From: Raillietiella orientalis
Taxonomy: Eukaryota
Length of the DNA stretch: 64,000 bases
Reading direction: 5' to 3'
Assembly (NCBI GenBank): GCA_036172245.1
Contig: JAYWIR010000016.1
Span: forward strand, 186,001 to 250,000
Shown: piece after piece, positions 39,354 through 52,800 of the stretch
Layout of the letters: every line of letters begins with the position of its first letter
Position numbering within the stretch: the stretch's first letter is position 1
The notes under the pieces: generated by a model
The model's database searches: none
Told to the model about the DNA's origin: nothing
The model's input: the letters and a program-made list of their open reading frames with translations, nothing else
Position numbers and translations under genes: made by a program

Positions 39354-39772
39354 CACCTCTCCAGTTGTTCAAAGTAGCGTACCCCCCTATTGGGGGGTCC
39401 CTCCGAGTCGTCGCCTCTTCACAGAGTGTGCACAAGGAAGAAAGCGAGAGCGATTCCCTGCGGGAAGCTGCAGAGCCCCTTCCGAGTTTCGGAAGCGTCC
39501 CTTCGGGGTTCTCTTCAGAGGAGTGAACAGGAGCGGATCCTTTCCGGGTTCCTTTCGGAGAAGATGAAATGGAGAGGATCACCCCCCCTTAGGGGGGTGT
39601 CCCTCCGGAGAGAATGAGGAAGCAGATTCCCTTCGGGATTCCCCTTCGAAGACAACCAGAGTGGGAGATGTGATCCCCCCCGTCCGGGGGGATCCCTCCC
39701 CAAGCTTGAGAGGAATGGACTCTGAGCCCTTCCTGGATTCATAGGGCGGACTCCCATCCTGGGGTGCCCCCT
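39354..39772. repeat. Hairpin-rich dispersed repeat, copy B (same orientation as copy A)
   Basis: Same shared blocks as 36683-37152, in the same order and orientation. Confidence 0.85.
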
Positions 39773-42700
39773 ATCCTGAAGAATTACATGCCCCCCCTGC
39801 GGGTTGCCGCGGGCGGAGAGACGTAGAAACAAAACAGTGTGTTAAGGTTTAAAAAGAGCCACGTGCGCCGCGAGGCACGCTACCGGTTCTTGAGGTTACT
39901 TAGCGAACCAAAAAAAAGAAAAAGCTGAAAGGAAAACAGCATATAGAAGAAAAAAGAAGAACCCAAGGATTTCCATCGTCATCGGATTTTCATCGACCTA
40001 CGCGTTCCCTGCACGTGTCGGTTTGGTGGTCCGACGCACTGCTCTCTCGTTGCTTTCTTTGCGCTTCCGCTCGGTGGAACCCCACAAGGACCTGTTCCCC
40101 CTCTCCTCTCCTCCAGAACTTCAGGGACTCGGACGGATGTGGGTCTCTGCCCTCCCCTTCCCCAGGTATCCCTCTTCACCTGCGCCAAAGACTTCCGTTG
40201 TTTACTCCTTTCTTCCTCTCCTTTGCCTTGCCTGCGAAACAGAGCAAGGACAGTCTCCGGGAAAAGATCTCTCCCCGAGAGGGACGTCTCAGGGCGAGCT
40301 CCGCGCATCACCTATTGGATGAGGGAATACGCGCACCCGAACTTTCCGAATCGGTGCGTAGGTGCATCGCCATCCACTCGTCTTCTCAGGTGACTCCGTC
40401 CCTCTGCGTGCAGTCGATCGGAATTTCTTCCTCGAAGTACGGAAGCACTCCTTCGTGCTTTCCTCCGTGGACTCGGAGCGATCCACCGCCGGGTTCTCTG
40501 GAGCGAAGGGTCCGCACCATCATGACGACGGGGAGACACCACCGACCAGCAGCAACGGCTCTGCAGATCACTCGGTCGGTCTGTTCTTGCTCGCTCCTCC
40601 AGAGGCCAGGGCTCTTCCGGAGCAGGAGCCCACTCGGAAAGTGGGGGAAGAAGGAGGGTAGGGGGTTGGCATGCCCGGCACATGCACACTGTCGCTCTGG
40701 AGTTCCCTTCTCCCCCGTCCTGCTTTCGTTGGGATCGTTTTTGAACCGTGGGTTCGCTCTTCCTTGTGCCTCAGCACAAGTTGACCAGCAGAGTGGGGTG
40801 GGGTGAGGAGACCGGACTCTCCCTCCCTCCATCGACAGGTTTCGATTTCTGGCCCGGGTTCTCCGTTCTTTCCCAGTCCCCTTTTCCAAGGATGTTAGCG
40901 TCATGAGCTCTTTCCCTGCGCCTCCTTCCATATCTGCGGGCGAAGAGAGAGGGGTTCCCCCTCCCTCTTTCCTCGCCCGTAGACGTCGACCTCGACGAAG
41001 ACGGCGACTCGCGCGATCGCGGCGGGGGCAAACTCCATGCCCAGAGCCACGGAAAACGGCAGGGATTGCATGCGAAGCCGAACCATTTCCCGAAATGGTG
41101 CTGCACAGACGGAAGCGCCGCGGCCGCCACCCAACCGCTCCGAGATCGCAGTCTTCCTGACCCGATGCTTCCTTCCTCGACGTTGCCAGCGCGCGCCTCA
41201 GGGAGGGAGGCGCCCCTAGGGAAGGCCCGCAACGGGAAGGTCGTCGGAATGTCACCTCACGTAGCTGCTGGGAAGCGCAGCACTTCAGTGAGGTGGGGCG
41301 ACCCGTCTTCACGGACACCTGAGCACTCACGCGGCGCTTTTGAGAGGCTTTCTGCGAAGCGTCCCCACCCGCCCCCGCCCTTCACGGAAAGCAACCCCTC
41401 AGCCCGTCTCCGAACTGGAGCATGGGGACGCCGTCAGCCGCCGAAGCGCAGGTCGGTTGCAAGGAAGAACCGTTAGGAAAAGGGGGAAAGGGAAAACTCG
41501 GCTCGCCGGCAGGATTACAACTTGGGATCGCGGGTGGGAAGGAGGGCGATCGCTGGCCGTTCGGATAAGCCAGATTGCAGAGAAGAGTGTGGTCACGAGC
41601 GACCCCTTCGAGTTTGGGGGTAAGGGATGGGACGGTTGTTCTCTAAGGGGTAGAGCAAACACGACCTCCAAGCAGCTAGCGGAACAGGGAGAACAGCGCT
41701 TCGGAGCGATGCGAACGTCCCTTTGCCGCCGGAATCATGCCGGCGAGTTCACCAACCTTTCGAACGGAGGGGCAGCCTCGGTACGAAGGAGGGGACCCAA
41801 AAGGGTCGGACGGTGTTCCTCGCGACGTCCTCACGATTACTCGTGGCGTCGCAGCACGTCATTGGGTCCTAACGGAACCGGCGTACCACATCAGCTCACC
41901 ACCTGCAGAAAACGCTGCGGACGGCCTCGCGCGGCCCTAGCCCCAGGCCCTCCCCTCTCCCCTCCTGCTTCGCTCTGGCTCTCCGATGAACTTTGACCGC
42001 GTCCGCAGTCCATACGGAACGGCCGGCGTTTTCCGAGAGCTCATCTCTCCCGGCGTGACGAAGATTTTTTTGAGGTCTGCCGGCTCGTGGGCGTACCGGC
42101 TCAACGAGGAGGAGGCTCTGTGCACGGCGACGCGGCACGGCAAAAGATGTGGGATGGACTACTGCGTGTCGCGTTCAGAGCAGCGCGGAGTCGCCCGCTC
42201 GCACGGCATTCCCTGAGCGCCTCAGATCGTGCGGGATTGCCCGGGGCAACACCAGCCACCGATGGCGCGCTGTCACAGCAGCGTTCTTCCCCGGCAAGAG
42301 AACTTTGGGTGAGACGAGGTCCTTCGGGGCCGTGGAGACGACCTCCCTCCCTCGGTCGAGGCCGCCCGTACGTCGGCAGGGGTAAGAGCGTCCACTGGCA
42401 GCTAGCTGGTGGCTCGTTCGATTTTCGCAGTGGTGCCAAGGGAGTTGCTGTCGTGCGGGTTCGTCACCGCGGGGATTTTCCCGGAGCCATCTTGGTTGCG
42501 GCGAGCGGCGTAAAACTCGCTCGCGTGCTCTTGGCGACTTGCTCCTTGGGATCGCGTGCGACGGTGTGAATCCCGGATTTCGAGCGAGTCGCGTGACACA
42601 GCGAGGCGCATTCACGTGTCAGGAGCTTCCTGCTGCCGGGCGCTCTCGTTCGCCGGCCTGCAGAAGATTTCCCTCCGGGCGAGCGGGAAAGGGAGGAGGA

Positions 42701-45700
42701 GGGAAATCCCAAGGGCTCGTCGGACTCCGCCTGGGCAGGATGGAAGAGGAACCTTCGCATGCCAAGGCGCGCCGTGGTAGCTTCTTTGCCGCACGAAACC
42801 GGTTCTTGTTCCAAGGGCGCTCTCCTTCAGCCCTAGCCTCCGAGACATGAGCTGGTCCTCCAGGGCGAGGACAACCGGTACTGTTTTCCGGCGGGAAGCG
42901 ACGGCGCTGTCTTTCAGTCGGATGCGCCATCGGGCGTCTCCCCGCAGCACGTTGCTACGGATACCCTGCTCCCGATATCTGAACTTCGAAGGTGAGGAGG
43001 GCAGGTGGTACGCAAGCAGTAGGGGGTGGAAAAAGGGGGGACAGCAAAGGTGGTGGAAGCGGCCACTCTCTCCGACAGTAAGGGCGGCGCTCCCACGGGA
43101 TGGGAGCCACCGCTTGTAGGCAGTCGACCGGTGCGCGAACCGTGCCCGCGGAATCTCCGGATACTTCAACGAAGTGCCTTATGTCGGTATGCTAAAGGGC
43201 CCCCCCTGCCACCTGTCTCTCACACTTCGCTCCTGTGGGAAACCGCCACCGATTCTTTCCGGCCCAGCCTGTCCGGCAGCCGATCAGGTCGAAAGACCTC
43301 GACCGCTTCCACCTGGGCCAAAACGGGGAGCCATTGGGGCCGCCGGCGTAAGGGGCTGTGGCCGGGATGTGCGGGCATGCAGAAGGCAGGTCGGCCGGCG
43401 TTCGCCTGCATCCTTCTAGCACCAGCAGCTCGAATTAGGTGCTGCGAAGGATTCGTCTGGGACTTTCTCGTTGCCGGCCTCTGAGGAGGAGGAAGAAAAG
43501 AGAAAAAGGAAAGCTGCGACGCAGGTAAGCCAGAAAGGAGTGCGGATGCCATTCTGGATACAGCAGGAATCTTTGGATGTGCTTTCCCGGCGATGCGCGG
43601 GGGGATGCTGTTTCCGGTACCGGCAACCGCGGAAATACGAAAGTCGTGCCGGAACCAGGAGGGGAGGAAGGAGAGGGGAGAAATACGACGGAGAAGGGAA
43701 AGAGACGAGGGGGAGGAAAGCAAGGGGCGGCGACAAGGATGGCAGGGCTGGGAGAGGAGCACCCGAGGTTGCCGTAGTGGCTGTGGTGGTGTGCTCGGTG
43801 GTGCAAGGAAAGACTCCCTCGTAGGGTCCTTCCCTTTTGGATGAGAAGGGCACGTGATGGAGGAAGGCCCGGTTGGTCATCCTGAGGCTGGGAACCGAAA
43901 GCAGCGACGAGGGGAAGGACGAGAGATGCGAAAAAAAAGGGCCAACAGTTTCAGCTTCCGTAAGAAAAAGGTTGACGAGCATGGACGACCCATCGGGGTA
44001 GCGGCGACCGTGCGTTCAACTTTCTTGAGGGTCGCGCAGTTCTGGTCCGGCCTTTCTTTCCTTCTCTTCATCTCTTTCTTTCTGTTTTCCTTTCCTCTTT
44101 TATGAGGTAGCTGGAAACGCTGCAAAACGGGTGGGTTGCGACGCGAGTAACGGGGACGTCTCCCTGGGAACGACCCGAGAGGAAAGACCTCGTCAATGCA
44201 AGAAGGGAAGGCAGCTGGGCGCAAATTCCTTTTTTTTCCCCTCTTCCCCCCCCCCCCTTCCCTTCCCAAGAAAAACACAAGCGCGAATGCGCGTGCTAGA
44301 AATGGAATCTACGCGAAAGTTCGGAGCGGGTGCAAGCAGGAGGAGAGGGAAGGAGGGGGAAGTTTCTGTGCCTCCGCCGAAGGCAAACCACAGGAGGCTC
44401 AGAAAGCAGCGAGGTGGCTGGTGGCGCGCAAGTGCTCGACCTGCATGAGCGAAACGCGCGCGAAAACCACGATCCCAAGCCCCACATTCGGTCGGAAGCG
44501 ACGGTCCTCGCGGGGCGGAGTTTGCACCTACGAGCAGGCAGGCATCAGCCCCCTCCCCCTTCCCCCAGTTCGATCGCATCACGGTATCCTCCCTAGCTGC
44601 TCACCTTCTCCAAGCAACTGCCGCCCATCAAAGTGGCAAGTGCTTGCAGCGAACGAGCGCTCGTGCGTTCCTCCTGGCAGTACTCCCCTCCCCCCCTCCG
44701 CCACTTTATCTGGTCCTGAACCGCGGAACACGCTTATCAAAAGCACATTATCCTGGGCGATAAGAGCCACGTTGGACTTTACAAGAATTCCCTCTGATCC
44801 CTGACCTTCGCGTCGACCACGCTTTCCGCTTGTCGGGAGACGCAGCGCTTTGCCAAGTCATGCGCGCGCCTAGGTGGAAACTTTCTCGCGAGCGATCGGG
44901 TTATTCGTCGGGACTCGCCCTTGGTGGTTCGTCACGTGCTCTTCACATGCTCGGAGCCAGGGTGCGCGCGCCAACTTAAAGAGAGGTAAAGAGACGGACG
45001 AAAAAGAAGAAGAAGAAAAAAAAGAGACCGTGGTTTCGGTTGGCGCAGTGGCGCGGCTCGGCAGCAGAGCTTCGGGCGAATCTTTTCATGTTTTCGCTGA
45101 ACTGGAAAAGCTGCTTCCCTTTCCTCCCCTCTCCCTCCCTCCCGCTCATTCAAGTCCGGGAGAGGAAGGAGGGTGGTGCCTTTTCGGATTTAGACTGAGG
45201 TCGTAGTAATAGAGATTTGGCAGGCAGAGGCATCTGCAGCACGGCGGAAGGACACTATCCTTACTCCAGCCAGAGCCGCGCGTGTACTTTGCACAACTGA
45301 TGCGACTCGTGCTCACGAAGCAGCCAGCATCTGGAGCGAAGCTGCCACCATTTCCGTAAAAACCGGTCTTCGAACTGAGGCCTTCCATGCATTCGCTGAC
45401 AAATGACTGATGCTGTCTTTCGATGCTCCCCCCCCCCCTCCCTCTGAGTTCTTGCCTTATAAGAAAGAAAAAAAAGCTTAAAATTGAAGAATTGCTGTTT
45501 ATCCGTACCCGCGACCCTTGTTTCTGGGAGAGTATTAGGCATGAACGAAGAAAATGAAATGAAAAGAAAAAAAATGACGTATTATAAAAAAGAAAAAGAA
45601 AAAAAGAAGCTTCTTGAGGGGAAAATCGTGCTATAAAGTGGACTCCAATGTTCCTGCCTTGCTTTCTAAGCGAGCAAAGGACAAAAAGCTGGAGACCGAT

Positions 45701-48041
45701 GAAAAGTTTATTTCAACTTGGCGCATAAATTTTAGCGGACTCGCTGAACAGGTCATGTTTCGTCAGCCTTCACATTTGTTCACTTTCTCTCAGCACATGG
45801 ATTCGAAGTGTGTGTGGTGTGTCCGCCAGCACACTCGAATGACACACTTGGTGTTCCGAGATGTGCTGCATGTCAGCAAAATCCTTGGAAGGATTCATAT
45901 TGCGAGTGCGCCATGGCCCCATCGGATTCGGAGCACACTCATCGGTAGTTTTCACCGGCGTAATATATTCCCTTTTTCGATCAGATCGACATCGGTGTTT
46001 TCAGCAATTCAAAGGACAAGCAAAGCAAGCAGCAGGAAGGAACAGTGTTGCATCCTTTCACAAATAACTTTGGTACAACCTCGGTGCTCAAGGAGGAGCT
46101 TGTGTGTTCATTCCAAGTGGTCTAACGAATCCACGCATGGTGAGGCGGCATGGGTGCCGTTCCCCATTTCCATACCACAGCATCGGAAGATGTTCCGCGA
46201 AGCTCTTCCGAATTCGTTAAAATGCAGCGTGGAAACGGTAACTTTTGCCGTGTGATGACGGGACTCTCCCGAATGGCTTTCAAGAGAATGGCTGTCTTTC
46301 AAGGCTGTCATTATTGTCATAATAAGCCAATAATTCACGCGATAATGTGGCAACACTTTGTGAGATCCGTCCTCGTGAATCCGGCGGCACGCGCACGTCA
46401 ACTTATCAATAAAATGCCCCAGGGAAAGCCATCCCCATGCACCCAGCGGAGGCCCTCGAATCTGAAGCACCCTCCCTTTATCTGGGACGCTCATTCTCGG
46501 GTCGAGCGATATCATATCGTTGCCTCCGTGTGTGTTTTTTGTCAACTGGGCGGGTGTATTTATTTACCTGGTACCACTGCGCGGCAGCGTGTGGCAGAGA
46601 GTGTACGTGCGTACGTACAGACTCCTCCCGGCTGAAGTGTGGCCTTGCTGCACGGCGGAGTGCGGATGAGTTGCGCAAGGAGAAAAAAAGCTCTCTCGAC
46701 GGTTTCCTCTTCGTTGGGGATTTCCTTTTTTTTTTCTTCTTCTTCTTCTTCTTCATTTGTTTGTTTGTTTATCAACCGTCAACAGCATACGCATCCCGTG
46801 GCAACAGAGTGTTGTTTCGTGTAGGCGCACGTGATGCAATGCCAACGGCCATATGCAAGCCATGCAGGAGTGTTGCAGCAGTGGTGATTCCGTTTCGTAC
46901 GTTGCGCGTGTGTAATTTGATGCTGTGCCGTTGTGTACGGATTTCTCTCGTTCGTGAGGACCGCATTTGCCCTGCAGTGTGATGTAAGTGACCACTGGGG
47001 ATTCCATGTGCAGATTCGAACGTGCCTGTAACAATAGCGTGTGTGGCTTGAGCGAGTGCTGCTCTGCGGGCCCAGCTGCTCGGTTTTAGGTGTTCCATGT
47101 GGGACGTGCACAGCCATCCTTTCAAGCCGTGTTCCTTGGATTCCTCCCGACTTTCCGTTTGGCCAAGCAAAGCTGTGCACTTCGAAAGGGAGTGCACAAG
47201 GAGAGTTTCATGTGAATGTCTGTGGGGTGTTGGTGAATCTGTCTAGTGTTCATAGGTAACGTTTCAGAATGTTCATTGCCTCACTGATTCCCTCACAGGA
47301 AGTAATGCCACAGCCTTACATCCTGTTCGAACAAATCAGTTTCATTGTAATGTGTAATCCTTTGTCTTGGGATGATGGTGTGGAATAGGATCCAACCAAG
47401 TTGAACTCCAGTGTACGAAGTTCTGCACCTCATTAGTATACCATTAAAACCAAATAACGCCATTTGATACACACTCGCTTAATTCGTTATTTATTTAGTT
47501 ATGTAATTGTAATTTTCAGCTGCTTTCATGACGAGTTTGGTTGAAGACCGTTATGATTTGTGTGTACATTGCTTAAATCCTTGAATTGAAACTTCAAAAT
47601 TAAATTGCCATGAATCTCTCCATACTTTTGGGAACTGACGTCAGCGTACTCAAATGACATAAGTATACATACAGCAAGCAATACCAGTTTCACCTAATCT
47701 ACATGTTTTTTTCTCATGGAAATTTATTAATTTTCCAAGAAATTTAATAGAAATTTGTTTGGTTTCCACTCAGTGGTGAGTGAATGAGTTTATGGTGGTT
47801 TGCCTCATTTGTTGAGTTTTTTCTAAAGGGTACATGGATGTAACCTAAAAGTGAGTCATGTAGTTTCATCTTTCCATTTCTTAAACGAAGATTTCCTTTT
47901 GTTTTACCAGCTTAAGCTTGAAACATTTAAAGTGTTTGATGTTTGACCAAATACTTTTTTTTTTAAAAAAAAAAAAAAAGAAACTTGCTCATGTACTTTA
48001 GAAACTGAGAAATTCCCTGTGTTGGTCTGACACAATGTAAT

Positions 48042-48135
48042 ATGTATGTGTGTGTGTGTGTATATATATGTATGTATGTATCAAGTATTTTATATATATA
48101 TATATATATAATACTTGATACATATATATATATCA

Positions 48136-48211
<76 letters not shown>

Positions 48212-48322
48212 AGCATTTTATATATGTATAAATATGTACATATATGTACATATATATATATACATATATTTTTATATATGTACATATATATATACATATA
48301 TATATAAATATATATATATATA
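48042..48322. repeat. Compound (TG)n/(TA)n microsatellite
   Basis: Long perfect and interrupted TA runs; the YIYI ORFs here are artefacts. Confidence 0.97.
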
Positions 48323-49816
48323 TCCCAATCATTTTGGAGATCGATTCAATGAACTGAGATCATTGTGAATGCTCTGTTAACTTATTATTATTCATGATAA
48401 TCAGAATGCATGGTTTTGTTTTATATTATATCATGTGTGTGTGCATGCATATTTGTTCAGCTTTCAGGACTCTAAAGGTCACTTCATTCTATTTTTGACA
48501 GCTGTTACAAGTGTTTTAATTTGCAAGCTGCAAGAGCAGTTTATTGCATGTGCAGTTTTAGTAGACATCTTGAAAACAATCAATTTGTGTGTTTTATGTA
48601 ATGTTCTGGTTTCCAGTGATGTTTTAACTATTCCTAGAAAGAAAAATCGCATCCCTTTCCAAGATCCAAAGTGGCAAAGCTTTCAATTCTTCTTGCAAAC
48701 CTTGTTTCATCCATTTGATTGTGCAATGTGATGTGTGAGAATGAATTGTCATAAAGCATTTTGCAAAGACCCATCCAGAAATCTGTGAAGAACATTTCAT
48801 AGCTGAATGTTCTCATCCCATTTTGCAATCAAGAGAATAGTTTTGCTACAAATGTGCATTTCTGCTTTTCACCAAGGGTTTTAGCCACTTGTTATGAGCT
48901 AAGTGCTTCTTTTGTGCAATACTTTGCAGAATCTTTTTCAAGAATGAAAAGTTTTCAGTCCCCTCAGCCCCCTCAGTCACTGTTACTGACTGTATCTGGA
49001 GATTTCATCTGAGTATGAGTGGTTTTGAAGATATTGGCATGCATGCACCTTTGAGCAGGATCCAACATGTATAATCAATAAAAGTCAGAATGTCGATTCA
49101 TCACTAGGTTTTTCCTTGCTCCTTGAAAATTGTTTTCACCAGAATTATTTTTTACGTGTCAATCATGAGTGCTGAATTATCTACCGTATTGCTGAGTGGC
49201 CACTGTCTTGGTCCACTTGGGCATCTCAAGTGCTTACCACATCTGGCTAGTGCGTCTTGTACTGAAATGAAATTGTTTGAAAAGGTGGTACATCGATTTT
49301 GAAAATTTCGTGTACATTTCCGATTTGAGCATCATTCTGTGTTCGGGCGAGATCACTTTGCTTTCACGGATACTCTTATGCTCTAGACGTACAAGGAAAA
49401 TTTCTCGTGGGCACGTTTTGCATAATGAGATGCCGTCTTTTTCTTATCAGATGTAACGAACACAGAATGTCAGCAGAGCTCTCTCCGATTGAGATGTAAA
49501 TATTGCATGATTTTCAGCAATTATGTATTGGGGGGGTAGGAGATGAAAGCAGGGTGTATTGTGTGTGTGTGTGTGTTTCCTTCCTCGTGTACAGAGTGTA
49601 TTGAATTGGGCATAATTAAAACCGCAAAAGTGAAAGTGAAAAGCTTTCATTAGGAAGATCTGAATGATTACATCAATCTTTTTGTATTTCTTTTAGAAAA
49701 TTTGAGAGTTGAAGTTTTCCTGATGTATATAGGATGTGTGGTAATAAACGATTTGTACAATTTTCCGTGTTGGTACAGCGCAGCTTCCGCGTGTGACTCG
49801 GGGAAGCCGAATCACC

Positions 49817-52800
49817 ATGGCAGATTTCAAAGACGGGAGCGGCTCCCAGGTCTGTAGCGAGCACGTCCAGAGTCACTGTCGCCAGAGGTTCACGACCGCC
49901 GCAGACTCCGACGCCAGGGAAGTAAGCTACCTTGCCTTTCCTTACTACCTTCTCAGTAATGTGAAGATATGTTTCAGGCATCCATGTATCTAATGCACAA
50001 TGAACACAAATTTTCTTTTGCTGACGACGATTCTCCACATTTCGGAGAACGTAATGTAGGAGTCCGCTTTGCTCATTCTTAATGTAGAACATGTGGAACT
50101 TGTAGGTTTAAGTGAGCTGCACGAAAAGTTTCAAAAGAAAAAGGAAATTTTAAGACTGAATTGCGAAAAAAGGAAAACCTTTTTTTTTTTTTTTTTTTTT
50201 TTTCCCTTCTGTTTTTTTTTTTTTTATCTTTCATTCTCACAGTTGCTGTACGGAGTGTCGAACTTTGTCGATGTAAGCCCGTCGAAGTCGTTTGCTCCGT
50301 TACCCTTTTGAGCGCAATGCAATACGTGGGCGAACAGATATGATGAGTCTTAGCATGTATTTGTGATTGCAATTTAAAAAGCTCACTCATAGTTCTCCGG
50401 TAAGGAAATTCACGTACCATGCTAGATGATCGGAATACGAGCCAACCAAACTTTAAACACGAAGAAGTTATTGAAGTAAGGGCACAAAAAAAAAAAGATG
50501 GAATTTTTGAGCAGTTCGCAATGTTGTAATGAAAGGATGAAATGGGTCGTCTCCCGGTGCGAAAGACGTGCCCCTTGTTCCGTAGTCGCTGCTTCACCCT
50601 CTGCTTCGACGTCCTCCGCACTTCTTGCAATGTGTTGTGCGAAAAAGGGAAAGGAAAATTGTGGTCCTGCGTTTTGCAAGCAGGGGGGGCCCTCCCTCCA
50701 AGTCGGGTGCTACAGGTGGCGGTGGTGGTAGCCGCCCGCCGCCGCCGTGGAAACGCCGAGCTTTCCGACCAAAAGGGAAAGAAGGAAGTGCATCCGCTGC
50801 TTGAAGTGGAACGGCCTTCGAGATCTATCGATTCACACACATCGGAGTACTTGGTGATCATTAATCCCATTTGTACTCCGTGGTCGCCTTTGCCCGGAAT
50901 TACTCCGAATAGTTCTGTCTCTTAATTAGAGCCGAAGAGTGAAACCGCGCCCAGAACGAAATCACAGTGGTGAAATTGTGGCCCATTTTCATTATGGTCC
51001 GGAGTTTGCGTGCCTTCTGGAGCGAAGTTTGCAAGTGCTGGGTTTCGGCAATTTTGGTTCGAAGATTCTTACAGCGCCGCTCTCGTTTTTCCTAGATGAA
51101 GGGTGGGAGTAGAATTCATCCGAGGCCAAGGCACACAAGGTCGAAGGACAGCCGTCACATAGGCGTTATCTACGGAATTCTTCTTCGAACGCCATCTTTC
51201 CTGTATGCTGCATCATTGGTCTTTTTGCCTTGCGGCTCGCGTGCCCGTTGAGAGCGTTCCCAGTTTCGGCGTGCCCGCGAGCAAGTCGGGATTTCCAGTC
51301 CATTGGCCCGTCCTTTCGTTGGTGCTCCCAAAGTGTACAACACGTCTTCGGTGTCCGTAGGGGTGGATGGAACAAAGGTGTTGCACGAGTTTGTAGAAAG
51401 CGTGTTTTGTAGAAAAAGCCATAAACGTTGCAGCAGAGATTGTTTGGAGCAAAGTTCCGTTCCTTGAGAGCTGTGCCCCACAGTCGTTTGGGGTTAGCTG
51501 ACGCAGGGTGAATTCCAGGAAGCGTCCTGCAATCGGGAACTGCATTCCATTCTTTTGCCGCCGAACACCTCTGCAGCCCGTTGCGTTCGTGCTCGGAAAA
51601 CACGTGAAACGACCGACAGGTGGGCTCAGGCAGGATACGTGCCGTTTACATCCTTCAGTGTCAGCGGCGCGAGTCGTGAAAACCGGCGATTTGTAATCAT
51701 CATCATCCTCCATTTGGGTGGTACCGCTGGTACCACTTCCGGCTTTGTTCGCCGTGGGGAGCGAGTGACTCCCAGACGAACGTTCGGATGGCATGCTCAG
51801 AAGAAGCAAAACTTGTGAGCTGAACGGACCCACTCATCGAAGTGTGAAAGGAACTGTGCACGCACCGTTCGTCTGCCTTTGGGTTCTCTCGATTCTGGTT
51901 CTGGACCTGAACGTGGACAGCGGAATGAGCAAGCGAGCCTCATCCCCTTTGCCGGGAGCGCGTTGCCTTCTGTTGCTTGGTGACCGGAGCCAGGCGCGGT
52001 ACTCTTATCATCCTCTGAGCGGAATCTGTTGTTCTCGTCTTGCAAAGCCCCGAAAGCCCTCGAGGATTTGCAAGGGCGTTGCATGATTACAAGGAACTGC
52101 AAGAGCTGTGGAGTGGTTCGGCACATTACCGGCGCCTTGAGGAGACAGCGCCAAACCACGTTAGGGGATGCAGCACGTTTTCCGCTTCATCTTTCAGACT
52201 TTCTTCCGGACGCTCTGCCTTTTAAGACGCGGTCGTTGAGGTAGATGTACAAGTGAGGGATTGCAGGGCATGAGGAAATACGTTGGACCGTGTACAAGAC
52301 TGGAAGCACAGTAAGAGAAACGGAGGCAAGTTTCCGATTCGGAAGGCGCTTCTGGTTCTTTGGCAACCGGGTTCCACCTTTTGAAGTGCGCAAGACGCTG
52401 TAGCTAGAAAACAGATGTGTGGTGTATCTGCCTTGGAAGAAAATCATGGAGAATACGTGACGAAACTTGAGTTTTCCGATTGAGGGAGAAAAAACTTCAT
52501 GGGAATTCACGCATGTGTGAAATTGAAACTTGTGCTGCGAAGTTTGATGCGGAAAGCTAGAGGACCGTGTTGGGGGGGTTCTTGCTTGCATGTGATGGGA
52601 CATTCGAGTTCTGTGTGAACACGAGGAGTGCACCCCAAGAACGAAAGGAAAGAAAAAAAAGAGTAGCGGTTATAGATCATGCCGTTCCCGTACTCTCAAA
52701 GCGTACCTAATTCTACTGATACTTGGTGTGTGCTAATCCCAATGGAGGGATATTTCTTCTTATCCTAGTGACGTTAACATCGTATTGGCGGATCCTCTGA

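Noticed and set aside
36683..39772. Interpretation of the repeat pair as LTRs, a CRISPR array, or a duplicated coding exon (SSEENPEGTLPK)
   Set aside because: No TG…CA termini, primer-binding site or gag/pol between them; no constant repeat-spacer periodicity; substitutions are not clearly synonymous-biased and indels occur.
39979..46982. Many overlapping 100-300 aa ORFs
   Set aside because: Expected from high GC content; no recognisable motifs. A hidden gene cannot be excluded but is unsupported.
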